A stretch of 63,477 bases of DNA, counting the filler, from Octopus bimaculoides (taxonomy: Eukaryota): assembly GCF_001194135.2 (NCBI RefSeq). It is 5 parts of 4 records of this genome, joined end to end, with 100 filler letters (N's around TTAATTAATTAA, not from the genome) between each part and the next. Parts side by side here need not be neighbours in the genome. Positions count along the whole stretch, not along the records: positions 38,088 to 59,203 come from NC_068986.1; 4 more parts are not named here. One strand, written 5' to 3'. The notes under the pieces are model-generated. The model made no database searches. It saw only the letters and a list, made by a program, of their open reading frames with translations, and was not told where the DNA came from. Position 1 is the first letter of the stretch. Every line of letters begins with the position of its first letter. Shown here in pieces: positions 41,094 through 53,130 of the stretch. The position numbers and the translations under genes are program-made.

Positions 41094-42544
41094 CTGAACC
41101 AGAAATGAAACATCGCACTATTAAAGAGTATTTGTTTCACACACGATATTGAGATCATATGGATTTTATCACATTTCTAAGTAGTTTGACACCAAGAAGA
41201 TATTACTGACCCACAACATGACTCTCTTTTGAAAACTCAAGGATTGCATTTAGGTTTCGAACCCGCTCACTTTTCGTGAAAAGCATGATGCAGGGTCAAA
41301 ACGTTGACTCATTGAGTATAGGAGGCTCACAAATTTACCAGCCTGTCATTCGTTTCTCGAACGCAGCAAGCTTGCCAAGACTGACACGAAATCTGGGGGA
41401 GCAAGCCACCGGATGTCTCCATGCTGGTTAACGTCCATCGGTCATTGCTAATGGCTTGAACTGCAGTATTCGGACAATTGAGCGGCTGAGGGAACGATAC
41501 AATGCCACAAACAGCATCAACGATCGTCCACGCAGTGGTCGACCGAGGGTTACAACAATACGCCAAGATCCCCACCTGCACCGACTGCAGGACAGATTCC
41601 GGATGGCAATGGAATCAGCTAGGCAGATCAAAGGGAGTCACCACATATTCATTTGTGCAGAGACAGTTCGCTGCCGGCTGAGATCTTTCAATCTGTCTGG
41701 TCGACGTCCGGTTAGAGGCCCCATCCTCACAGATCATCATCGACGAGCACGTCTGCAGTGGGCTCAAAGACATAAGAACTGGCGATATCAGCAGTGGAGG
41801 ACTGTAGTCTTCTCTGAGGTAAGTCGATATTGCATTTGTGGTAGATGGCAGCGCTTGAGTTTGGAGAAGAAGGGGTGAATGTCATGCCAATGGCTGTGTG
41901 GTAGAGAGAGACTCTTGAGGAGGATAGAGCATCATGGTATAGAGCAGGATTCCAGTAAACTAGAAACGTGGACCAGTGGTCTTCCAAAACATCGGCCATG
42001 GTCGGGGCAATGGAGTAACCGTTGCTCGCTACATCGACCAAGTGCTGAGGCCTCACATTGTGCAATACTTTGTCCATCATCGGAATCACGTGTTCCAACA
42101 AGACAACGTCCGTACCTATACTGTCAGCACAACATCCAGACACTGCCATGCCCTGTCCTAAGTCCGAACTTGAACCCCATAGAGTACCCGTGGGACAAAA
42201 TCCAAAGAAGGCTAAATGACATCAGTCCAAGGTCGACAACAGCGGCACAACTTACTGCAAGTTTTAATACAGTGTTGGCTGCTATCCCCATGGCCTTTAT
42301 CAATCGTTTGGTGCATTTAATGTACAGAAGATAAATTGACGGTAATTAACGCTAACGGTGGTCAAACACGAGATTGAATTCATCTCTTTGGATCCAGGAT
42401 ATTCCGTCATCATGTGACACTATGTGACGTCAAACATGTTTCGGGAAATGACGATTTATCATTTGGAACGAACGGTTTCTTAATTTGCACTATTCAGTCT
42501 GTTAATAAACCAGTTTCTATTTAGTATGTGTGTGACATTTTCAG
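41094..42544 (+). mobile_element. Tc1-like DNA transposon, decayed
   Basis: DRPRSGRPRVTT, WRTVVFSE, FQQDNVR, SPNLNPIEYPWD; ends ta|ctgaa...ttcag|ta with weak TIRs. Confidence 0.85.
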
Positions 42545-42873
42545 TATACATATATATATATNNNNNNNNNNNNNNNNNNNNNNNNNNNNNNNNNNNNNNN
42601 NNNNNNNNNNNNNNNNNNNNNNNNNNNNNNNNNNNNNNNNNNNNNNNNNNNNNNNNNNNNNNNNNNNNNNNNNNNNNNNNNNNNNNNNNNNNNNNNNNNN
42701 NNNNNNNNNNNNNNNNNNNNNNNNNNNNNNNNNNNNNNNNNNNNNNNNNNNNNNNNNNNNNNNNNNNNNNNAAAACGTAACGAAGCAATATGCTTTACTG
42801 ATATGTTTCAATAATGACTGTAGAAGCAAATTTATTGTAAAGTTCTAATTGACTGAGACAGTCTATCTATCTG

Positions 42874-42922
<49 letters not shown>

Positions 42923-42935
42923 ATATCTATCTATC

Positions 42936-42968
<33 letters not shown>

Positions 42969-43078
42969 CGGTTGTCATAATTTCTATTTATATTTCTCAT
43001 TTTACTCCCTTTTATTAATTTTCCCTCACTTTTTGTATATTATTTTATCTCTCCTTCTCCTTCATTCTCTTTTCCTCC

Positions 43079-43110
<32 letters not shown>

Positions 43111-43632
43111 ATCTTTTCGTCTCCCTCTCTCGACATTTTTCCCGATTCTTTCTGCCCCTCAGTCATTATTACTCACTTCCACTGACTTCTCTTTCTCTCT
43201 CTTATACATTGACTTTACTCTTGCATCTCATTCTCTCTCTTCACCTGGAGCAACGAATATATATACCCACTCATTTATGCATTCACGCGCGCGCGCACTC
43301 ATGCATACATATTTTACACGTCTCTCCGTCGCTCGCTCTCTTTCTCTTTCTCTTTCTCCTCACCATAATGTTCTGCCATGCGCACGCTTAACTTCCGCTG
43401 TTCATTAAATAAATCTGAGTGATTATCTCTTCATTTTATTTTTATTGAAATTTATTTTCTGTTCCACAATTATGAGCTAAATCCTGCAAGCTTTTTATTC
43501 GAGAATTCAGCTTTCCCTTTCCAGATATCTCACATATTCGTACATGCATACATACAATCATGAACATAAATATACATACAAACGTACATACATATGCACA
43601 CACACACACACACACACATGCACGCACACACA

Positions 43633-43679
<47 letters not shown>

Positions 43680-43771
43680 TCATGTACGCAATCATACAAA
43701 TACACATTCGTTCATATATACATACATATCCATACACAAATACATTTCTGATGCAATCATACATATATACA

Positions 43772-43933
43772 GGCGCAAGCATGGCTGTGTGGTAAGAATC
43801 GTGCTTCCTACCCATGTGGTCCCGGGCTTAGTCCTACTGCGTGCCACCTTGAGCAAGTGTCTTCTACTATATCATCGGGCCGACCATTGCCTTATGATTG
43901 AATTTTGTAGACGAAAACTGAAAGAAGTCCGTC

Positions 43934-43934
<1 letters not shown>
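43772..43934 (+). mobile_element. SINE family 2 head followed by an internal (TA)/(CA)/(TG) microsatellite
   Basis: ggcgcaagcatggctgtgtggtaag...gaagtccgtcg; a second partial head follows at 44095-44193. Confidence 0.85.
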
Positions 43935-43974
<40 letters not shown>

Positions 43975-43979
43975 TACAT

Positions 43980-44023
<44 letters not shown>

Positions 44024-45109
44024 ACACATTTACATATGTGTGTGTGTTTGTGGCTATGTGTGTGTATGTGTTTGTCCTCTCCGCCATTAACATAGGCGTG
44101 GCGTGGCTATGTGGTAAGAAGTTTGCTTTCCATTCATATGGCACTGGGTTCAGTCCCACTGCATGCAACCTTAGAGAAATGTCTTCCACTATCACCTACT
44201 ATTTAAATTTGGTCATTCCAAGTATAGAGACCAATTTTAAATACAATAGCACTCTATACTCACAAGGTATTAGAATCTTATATGTATACCATTCTGCCTA
44301 AATAATGGATCTACAAATGCAATATCCCTGCATATCTCACATCTATTTTCATTCCTCCACTTCACTCTCTGTTTCGTATCTTATCTAAATTAACTATTGC
44401 TTAACCATTTTCTCACACCGTCTCCGGTGAAGGGATATAATAAATATCCTGGAAACAGCTGTAAGACCTTCTATTTATAAATGTTCTAAAATCTTCACAG
44501 CCTTGGTTTTTTCATCTNNNNNNNNNNNNNNNNNNNNNNNNNNNNNNNNNNNNNNNNNNNNNNNNNNNNNNNNNNNNNNNNNNNNNNNNNNNNNNNNNNN
44601 NNNNNNNNNNNNNNNNNNNNNNNNNNNNNNNNNNNNNNNNNNNNNNNNNNNNNNNNNNNNNNNNNNNNNNNNNNNNNNNNNNNNNNNNNNNNNNNNNNNN
44701 NNNNNNNNNNNNNNNNNNNNNNNNNNNNNNNNNNNNNNNNNNNNNNNNNNNNNNNNNNNNNNNNNNNNNNNNNNNNNNNNNNNNNNNNNNNNNNNNNNNN
44801 NNNNNNNNNNNNNNNNNNNNNNNNNNNNNNNNNNNNNNNNNNNNNNNNNNNNNNNNNNNNNNNNNNNNNNNNNNNNNNNNNNNNNNNNNNNNNNNNNNNN
44901 NNNNNNNNNNNNNNNNNNNNNNNNNNNNNNNNNNNNNNNNNNNNNNNNNNNNNNNNNNNNNNNNNNNNNNNNNNNNNNNNNNNNNNNNNNNNNNNNNNNN
45001 NNNNNNNNNNNNNNNNNNNNNNNNNNNNNNNNNNNNNNNNNNNNNNNNNNNNNNNNNNNNNNNNNNNNNNNNNNNNNNNNNNNNNNNNNNNNNNNNNNNN
45101 NNNNNNNNN

Positions 45110-45140
<31 letters not shown>

Positions 45141-45156
45141 CACACACACACACACA

Positions 45157-45427
45157 TTCTATTCTTTAATTCTTTTATTTGTTTCAGTCATTTGACTGCG
45201 ACCATGCTGGAGCACTATGCTTTAGTCGAACAAATCGACACCAGGACTTATTCTTTGTAAGCCTAGTACTTATTCTATCGGTTCCTTTTCGCCGAACCGC
45301 TATGTTATGGAGACGTAAACAGACCAACATCGGTTGTCAAGTGATGTTGGGGGAGAAACGCAGACACACAGTCACACACACACACACACATATATGACAT
45401 GCTTCTTTCAGTTTCCCTCTACCAAAT
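45157..45427 (-). mobile_element. SINE family 2 tail + (CA)n + partial head
   Basis: Same architecture as 50586-51007; head cut at an inverted repeat. Confidence 0.85.
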
Positions 45428-45576
45428 TGTAAATCCCAAAAATAGCAACAAAAACACAAAGGATTCTGCGGCTGAAGATAGCTTTGTATTGTAAATTATA
45501 CACTGATATAAAGCTTGAAACACGTGTACCGCAGAATCCTTTGTGTTTTTGTTGCTATTTTTTGGATTTACAATTT
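45424..45576. repeat. 48-bp inverted repeat (47/48 match) with a 57-bp spacer; foldback/MITE candidate
   Basis: Arms at 45424-45471 and 45529-45576. Confidence 0.9.
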
Positions 45577-46363
45577 ATTCTTTCACCTCAACCACGAGCT
45601 GGCATACACAGGTGCTTACAATTGTCAAGTATTGCCTCTAACTTTTACTTTACCTATATATATANNNNNNNNNNNNNNNNNNNNNNNNNNNNNNNNNNNN
45701 NNNNNNNNNNNNNNNNNNNNNNNNNNNNNNNNNNNNNNNNNNNNNNNNNNNNNNNNNNNNNNNNNNNNNNNNNNNNNNNNNNNNNNNNNNNNNNNNNNNN
45801 NNNNNNNNNNNNNNNNNNNNNNNNNNNNNNNNNNNNNNNNNNNNNNNNNNNNNNNNNNNNNNNNNNNNNNNNNNNNNNNNNNNNNNNNNNNNNNNNNNNN
45901 NNNNNNNNNNNNNNNNNNNNNNNNNNNNNNNNNNNNNNNNNNNNNNNNNNNNNNNNNNNNNNNNNNNNNNNNNNNNNNNNNNNNNNNNNNNNNNNNNNNN
46001 NNNNNNNNNNNNNNNNNNNNNNNNNNNNNNNNNNNNNNNNNNNNNNNNNNNNNNNNNNNNNNNNNNNNNNNNNNNNNNNNNNNNNNNNNNNNNNNNNNNN
46101 NNNNNNNNNNNNNNNNNNNNNNNNNNNNNNNNNNNNNNNNNNNNNNNNNNNNNNNNNNNNNNNNNNNNNNNNNNNNNNNNNNNNNNNNNNNNNNNNNNNN
46201 NNNNNNNNNNNNNNNNNNNNNNNNNNNNNNNNNNNNNNNNNNNNNNNNNNNNNNNNNNNNNNNNNNNNNNNNNNNNNNNNNNNNNNNNNNNNNNNNNNNN
46301 NNNNNNNNNNNNNNNNNNNNNNNNNNNCGATGCTTTGACCGATTAAGCTAAACTACCCACTAC

Positions 46364-46426
46364 AATCGGTCAAAGCATCGTGACGCGTAATCACGGGGAT
46401 GTGAGTTCGAGTCCACAGCTAGCCAC
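46364..46426 (+). pseudogene. tRNA-like sequence (Thr-CGT/Lys-like), 5'-clipped; pseudogene or SINE head
   Basis: D-arm remnant aatcggtcaaagc, anticodon stem cgtga/tcacg with loop cgcgtaa, gttcgagtcc T loop, ends gctagcca. Confidence 0.55.
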
Positions 46427-46511
46427 CTACACTTTTCTCTGCAAAATAGGGGTAGTTTATCCTGTTCAGGCTATATTATTAGCATTATTCTGCGATTGAG
46501 AATTTAAAATC

Positions 46512-46542
<31 letters not shown>

Positions 46543-46596
46543 CATATATATGTACGTGTCTATACATGCATGTATGTATGTATATGCATGTATTCG

Positions 46597-46800
46597 TCTT
46601 TTTTCTTGCTTCAGTCACTAGACTGCGGCCAGAATGGGGCAGTGCCTTGAAGAATTTTAGTCGAACAAATAGATCCCATAACTTATCCTCGTTTTGAAGC
46701 CTGGTTCTTATTACATTACTATCTTTTGCCGAAACGCAACGTTACGGGGATGCAAACACACCAACACCATTGTCAAGCAGTGATGGTGGATAAACACAGA
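46597..46800 (-). mobile_element. SINE family 2 tail
   Basis: Homologous to 50600-50800, followed by a (CA)-rich tract. Confidence 0.8.
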
Positions 46801-47043
46801 CACATAGTCACACATGTGCACACACACGCGCACACATACACACACACACATACACGCATGTGCGCACAGACACACACACACACACACATGCAAACACACG
46901 GAGACATACACAAGCGCACAGACATACACATATATATATTCTTACTAGAATTTTCTAAACTCAAATACAGCAGTTTTGTTTCTTTTATTAATGACTGCCA
47001 AGAATTCTGTGAAGCGGAATTTAATTTTCACTAGCAAATATCC

Positions 47044-47095
<52 letters not shown>

Positions 47096-47125
47096 CTCTG
47101 TCTGTCTGTCTGTCTATCTATCTGC

Positions 47126-47187
<62 letters not shown>

Positions 47188-47493
47188 GTCTCTCTGTCTG
47201 TCTGTCTGTTTGTCTGTCTATATCTCTCTCTCTCTCTCTCTCTCTGTGTCTATATACACATACATGCATATATACACACAAGAATACATACATGCATGCA
47301 TATAAATATACATGCATACACATAAAAACACAAATAGACAGACACACACATATACACATATACATACACACATGTATATGCGTACATATATACACACAGA
47401 AACATACATACACATACATCTATACATACGTACACACATGGAAAGACACGTATACTCATTCAGGCACACACACACACACATACATACATACAT

Positions 47494-47673
47494 GGTGGCT
47501 GTCTACTCCTTAAACAGAGTTTGACCACCTCCTGCACCTGCACCTTAGCCCTTTCATGGCGTCTGATGTGGCTTTTTAAACCAGACAGTGTTTTGAAAAA
47601 ACACCCACACAGATTGCACCTCTGATTTGCACTACCAATACCTGCAAGTAAGTTCTGCTCATTGTGGATCCTA

Positions 47674-47674
<1 letters not shown>
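47494..47674 (-). mobile_element. 5'-truncated RTE-like LINE 3' end (family C)
   Basis: CNLCGCFFKTLSGLKSHIRRH; paralog of 1578-1760; CATA repeats at 47479-47493 and 47675-47703. Confidence 0.75.
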
Positions 47675-47705
<31 letters not shown>

Positions 47706-48039
47706 GAGTACGTACATACACATTTGCATACAACCATACACTCACACAGATCGACGCATACACACATCTACATAAACTCATATATATCCACACATTCTCG
47801 TCTCACTCTCCCTCTCTTAAAATACATTTCCATTCATCGATTTAAGATAGTCTTTGGTTGTTTTTTTTTTAAATTTTTTATTCTATTATCGTCTCTTCAT
47901 TAGTTTGAAAAATTCAAATTCATCTCTAAACTGATGTGGTGGAAGGATTCAATATTGCAATTATCACACAGTATTTCAACATCTCCCCTCGTTTAGGGAT
48001 TCACGACTAAATCATTCTGTAGTCGCTAATACAGCATTG

Positions 48040-49650
48040 TCGACCTTACCACACTACTATTGATACTAATACGCTGCCGTAGTCACTTTTACAACACTGC
48101 TGTAGTTACTAATACACTATTGTATACACTAATATACTACTATCAACACAATTACAACACCATACACAATATCATACAACTGCTGAGACTGCTACATTAC
48201 AAGTTATTATTATATTACTACCGACACTGTCATACCATTCTAGACGCTATCACATAGCACATGCACACTATCACATTACTATAGTCAACATTACTATGGG
48301 CACTGTCACATCACTATAGACGCTACAACAAAACGATAGATACTATCATAGCTGCATAGGCACTACCGCACCTCTGTAGACACTATTACAGCATTATAGA
48401 GACTACAGTATAACTGTAAACACTATCATAGCACTGCAGACACGACTGCACCTCCGTAGACACTATCCCAATACTATTGGCTGTATCACACCACTATAGA
48501 CACTGTCATATAACTATGGATATCATCAAACAACTATGGGTACTAACCCACTACTGCAGACATTATCACATTCCTGTAGACATTGTCAAATCCTTATCTA
48601 TTCTGTCGCATTAACATAGATACCGAAACATCACTATAAGCATTATTACCTCACTCTAAACAATATCACAGCATTACTATCGCATTATCATAGATCCTAT
48701 CAGTATACTATTGACCCTATCATATTACTGTAGACACAGTCACACCACTACATACATTATTACGTCACCATAAACACTAATGTTACTGTCAATGCCATAG
48801 CATTTCTATAGGCAATATCACGTCACTAGAGAGAATATCGCACCACTAAATGCGTTATCACACTTCTTTAGACACTAACGCATTTCCATATACAATATCA
48901 CATCACTGATGAAACTATCACATAACTATAAACTCTATCACATGTCTAAATAGACCACTTTAAATAGTACATGTATCACCACTGTAGACTCTATCACATC
49001 AACATAAATCTTATCTCACAGCTGCAGATATAATCACTCCACCAAGGACATTATCACATCTCTTTACACAACATCACATTACTGTAGACACTATCACTTC
49101 CTTGTAGATTCTATCACGACTTTATGGACACTCTTACATTACTATAGTTAGGATTTGATCAATCATATCTCGCAATCATATCATCCTAGATACTATAATG
49201 TAGGCAGAATTATACACAACCATATAGATCAGAGGTTCTCAACCGCTTTTCCCTATGGAAGCTTTTGGTTCCTATTTTACTCTACTTGACTTAAGAATCA
49301 TTCAATGGCCCCTAAGAAACATTCAATGTTTAAAAAATCCGATTATATTTTTATAATTAAATGTTATTAGGAATTATGTAAAACAAAATTGTTAAAATAT
49401 TTTGGGTAATGTAGGAGTATTACAGTCTATTGGACATGAATTTTAAGAGCAAAAGTTTATGTGGACCCAAAGAGCCATATCGATCCCAGCTGAGAACAGT
49501 TGGTATAGAAGCTGTTACACATAAACTCTATGACATTAGTGTAGACACTATCACATTGTTGTAGAGACATCACCAGACTGTACACACTATCATAACTCTT
49601 TTTGTACTGTTATAACACTATAAGGCCTATTACACTATTATAGACCTACG
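48040..49650. repeat. Highly degenerate ~20-bp minisatellite (consensus about tagacactatcacatcacta), interrupted by a MITE
   Basis: Recurring (g/t)agacactatcaca motif at roughly 20-bp spacing. Confidence 0.8.
49230..49502. mobile_element. hAT (Charlie-like) MITE
   Basis: Termini cagaggttctcaac / gctgagaacagttg; 8-bp flanks atatagat / gtatagaa (6/8), consistent with a decayed hAT TSD. Confidence 0.7.
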
Positions 49651-49726
49651 GTTGTGCCTGAATAGAAACTTTAACGGCAACATAGATAGACTCAATCACA
49701 TTACTGCTAATATTAGGGCTACACTT

Positions 49727-49947
49727 AAAGACGGCGAGCTGTCAGAATCGTTTGCAAGGCCGGGCAAAATGTTTAGCGACATTTTGTCCTTCTTCACGTT
49801 CTGGGTCCAAGCTCCGCCGTGGTTGACTTTGCTTTTCATCCTTTCGCAGTCGATAAAATAGGTACCAGTTGAATACTTGGGTCGATTAATCGATTATCTC
49901 CTCTCCAAAAATTGCTGGCCTTGTGCCACAATTTGAAGTCAGTATTA
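49727..49947 (+). mobile_element. SINE family 1 variant
   Basis: gacggcgagctgtcagaatcg...ttcatcctttcgcagtcgataaaata. Confidence 0.8.
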
Positions 49948-50107
49948 GAGCTACACTGCTATTGGCATGATTCGTCATTCCGATCTTGACACTACAATTC
50001 GTTTCTACTATTTAAACTTTACTCTTTTATCGGCGCCTGATAACTTTTCAAGCACTTCAGTTAGAACGGAGTGATACAGTACTACAACCAACACATCTTT
50101 ACTCAGT

Positions 50108-50185
50108 CACCTTTACCAAGCTATCTTTAGCCATACACCTTTTCCCAGCTATCTTTATGCAATCACCTTTACCAATATATCCTTA
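50108..50185. repeat. Degenerate 28-bp tandem repeat, about 3 copies
   Basis: cacctttaccaagctatcttta-like units at 50108, 50136 and 50164. Confidence 0.7.
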
Positions 50186-50585
50186 CACAGCTTCACCAAG
50201 CCACCACATGAGCGAAGGTGGCATGAATCCAACGAGCTCCTGGAGCAGAAAACACTTAAGTAACAACAGAAAAGGCAGAGAGGGTAAAACGCACACCTGT
50301 GAGCCGGATACTACAGCGTATCTATGTGTGACTATAAGCCAATCAGCCAAGTGACTCTCATGATTTGGTTTGAAATGTATGTGTGTGCAGCAGCAGCGAC
50401 AGTGGGTGGCAGCAGAATCAATGGCAGTGCTAGCGAGGGCGGCAGCAGCGGGGGAGCGCATTGGAGCGGTAGTATGAACAGCAGCAGCAGCGACAGCACA
50501 GCGGCAGCAGTAACAGCAACGTCCCTGGTGGTTGATATTATTAGTAAAATAGTTTACCCTGTTAATACCATATGGCTAACACATT

Positions 50586-51007
50586 ACTCTTTTACTCTTT
50601 TACTCTTTTACTTGTTTCAGTCATTTGACTGCGGCCATGCTGGAGCACCGCCTTTAGTCGAGGAAATCGACCCCAGGACTTATTCTTATGTAAGCCTAGT
50701 ACTTATTCTATCGGTCTCTTTTTGCCGAACCGCTAAGTTACGGGGACGTAAACACACCAGCATCGGTTGTCAAGCGATGGTGGGTGGGGGGGGACAAATG
50801 CAGACACACAAACACACATACNNNNNNNNNNNNNNNTATACATATATACGACGGGCTTCTTTCAGTTTCCGTCTACCAAATCCACTCACAAGGCTTTGGT
50901 CGGTCCGAGGCTATAGTAGAAGACACTTGCCCAAAGTGTCACGCAGTGGGACTGAACCCGGAACCATGTGGTTGGTAAGCAAGCTACTTACCACACAGCT
51001 ACTCCTG
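50586..51007 (-). mobile_element. SINE family 2, full length (head - internal microsatellite - tail - (GAGTAAAA)n end)
   Basis: Head 50849-51007, internal CA/TA tract about 50800-50848 (with a small gap), tail 50586-50800. Confidence 0.85.
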
Positions 51008-51869
51008 GACAGATAAAACAGTACAAATAAAACAACTGACATAGTTTATAGCGTTAACTTAAAAAGAATACGTGGCAGGTGATTTGTAGAACAATCATCA
51101 TACCAATAGGTGTGTAGTTCAATGCAAAAGATGTATGGTTCGAATTTTCCTCTGAGGTCTTGTTGCTTTATTCGTTTTTTTTTTTTTGTGTGTATTTTTG
51201 GTCTCAATTTAGTGTTTATTATGCTATCATTTCGGTGGCGAGATATTTACTTATGTTCTTAGAATAGCAAAGGATTCTCCAGAACAGACACGATAATTGA
51301 GATAATCTATTTATAAATACCTATGTGCACGCCCGCACACTTATGTTTGTATGTATGTGTGTATGTGTGCGCGCTTGTGTGCGTGTTCCCAGGCGATAAA
51401 AACAGGAATCTCTTGAAACGTCGATGGAGCTAAAAATATTACTGTTTCAAAGAAAGTATAAAAGAATTAAGAGAAAACATGAAACGACCGCAATCGTGGG
51501 TTCATTTATGTACACATATGCACACTCATACGTTCAAACACGCACACACACACACATTCACACACACACACATGCACGTACGCACACACATACACACGCA
51601 CACGTACGCGCACACACAAAATAAATTTGACTTTACTACCACAGTATATATTCATTTCATAAATGCTGTTATTTATCACTTAACAAATCTAACATTAATA
51701 CATACACACATACTTATGAGTGAGTGGGGAGAGAAAAAGACCAAGAATGTGTGTGTGTGTGATTTTTCTTTCATAATTTGCTATACAGTATTTTTGTAAA
51801 GTAATTATTGCAAATAGCGAAATCTACATTCAAATAATAATACAACATAAATGAAATATATATGCACCT

Positions 51870-53130
51870 ATTTTCGGTTCAGATATATGAATCAGTTACG
51901 TCACAGCGCTATAGAAGACATGCGGCCTGTTCAGCAGAAATATCTTCTTCAATCGTCACTTTCATTTCAGCGACAATTGAAGAAAGAGTTCAGTGGTGAA
52001 ATAACTAGCCAAGATTACGGAAGTTATACTGTATGTGGTAGAGTACAGACTCAAGCAATGATAGATTTATCAGTGTTGATAAGGATAGAAGTTAATGTGC
52101 AGATTATCACTCAAAATTATGATCATTATCCTCTGATTTCTCTTAAGTATCGTTCACCTCAATTGAAAATCAGTCAGACATCATTACTGTGTTTTAAAGT
52201 CTTAAAACGGAGTCTCGCCATTCTCAAACTCGTACACATAGATTGAATGAAAACAAATTTGATCAAGTAACGAAATGTCGGTGATCTTTTTTAACGATCC
52301 TCGTATAATTTGGTCATATGATGCGAGATTCATGGAGTAATCAGTTGACATCTGTGCATGTTTTTTGCTGCAGATATCCTTCATGTATGTTTAATTGCTG
52401 TGGAGTGAACTGACACCCCTGCACGTGATTGTCAGTGTACTGGACGAGCCTTATAAGTAGATGGGCCAGTAGACAGTTGAGGTCAAACTGTGAGAGCGTT
52501 AGTCTCGTTATTGATTCTGTGTTGGGGTGTTATTGTGCGAACGGTTATAATAAGATAACCAACTCTTGTTAAGTTGCCCATTGTTATACGGTTATATTTG
52601 GTACTGTGATATATTGTTGTACACATACACATATCGTATATCGTCAGTGACGATATAACAGTTACGAAAAATGTGTTTAACCTTTTGATGGCGCGTTTAT
52701 ACTGCAAATTACAAATGAAATGTGATTGGAACCTTTCTGTTTTGAGGACATGTGCAATGTTGATCGCTATGTCCAGATGTTGACATATAGATTCTGGCTT
52801 GATCTTACATTGCCTAACAGTGACTTAAACACTGCAGCAGGATGAAGATCCCGCATCATTTTATCAACATCAAAACTGCAATATTGGACAATTATTTAAC
52901 TGACAGAAGGACAAGACACCAAGGATTGTCTGTCTTTGATTTCTTCTTGTGGTGATGCGTCAAGAGTAAAGTTCACTAACATTTAGATATCTTACCAGCA
53001 TCGAACAGTATTTAATGATATTTTTTACTTACTTGAAGGCTAACTAGAAATTGGTAAAGGCTACCCAAAACATCGAAAGCATTGTGGGCGATAGGAAGAG
53101 AATATTGTGAATATTTCATATGAATATAGT
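51870..53130 (+). mobile_element. Decayed mariner-like (maT/DD37D-type) transposon
   Basis: IIWSYDARF (52305-52331), VIGTFLF, LQQD (52832-52843), DFFLW*CVKSKVH (52938-52976); the N-terminal QRQLKKEFSGE fits the same family. Confidence 0.7.

Noticed and set aside
50324-50560. GC-rich Ser/Gly/Ala ORF
   Set aside because: Degenerate (GCA)n low-complexity tract reading through into a SINE; no domain or splice support.
51882-52030. Exon-like segment (ttcag|..ACT|GTATGT) within ORF 51851-52246
   Set aside because: Collinear with downstream mariner motifs; better explained as the transposase N-terminus.
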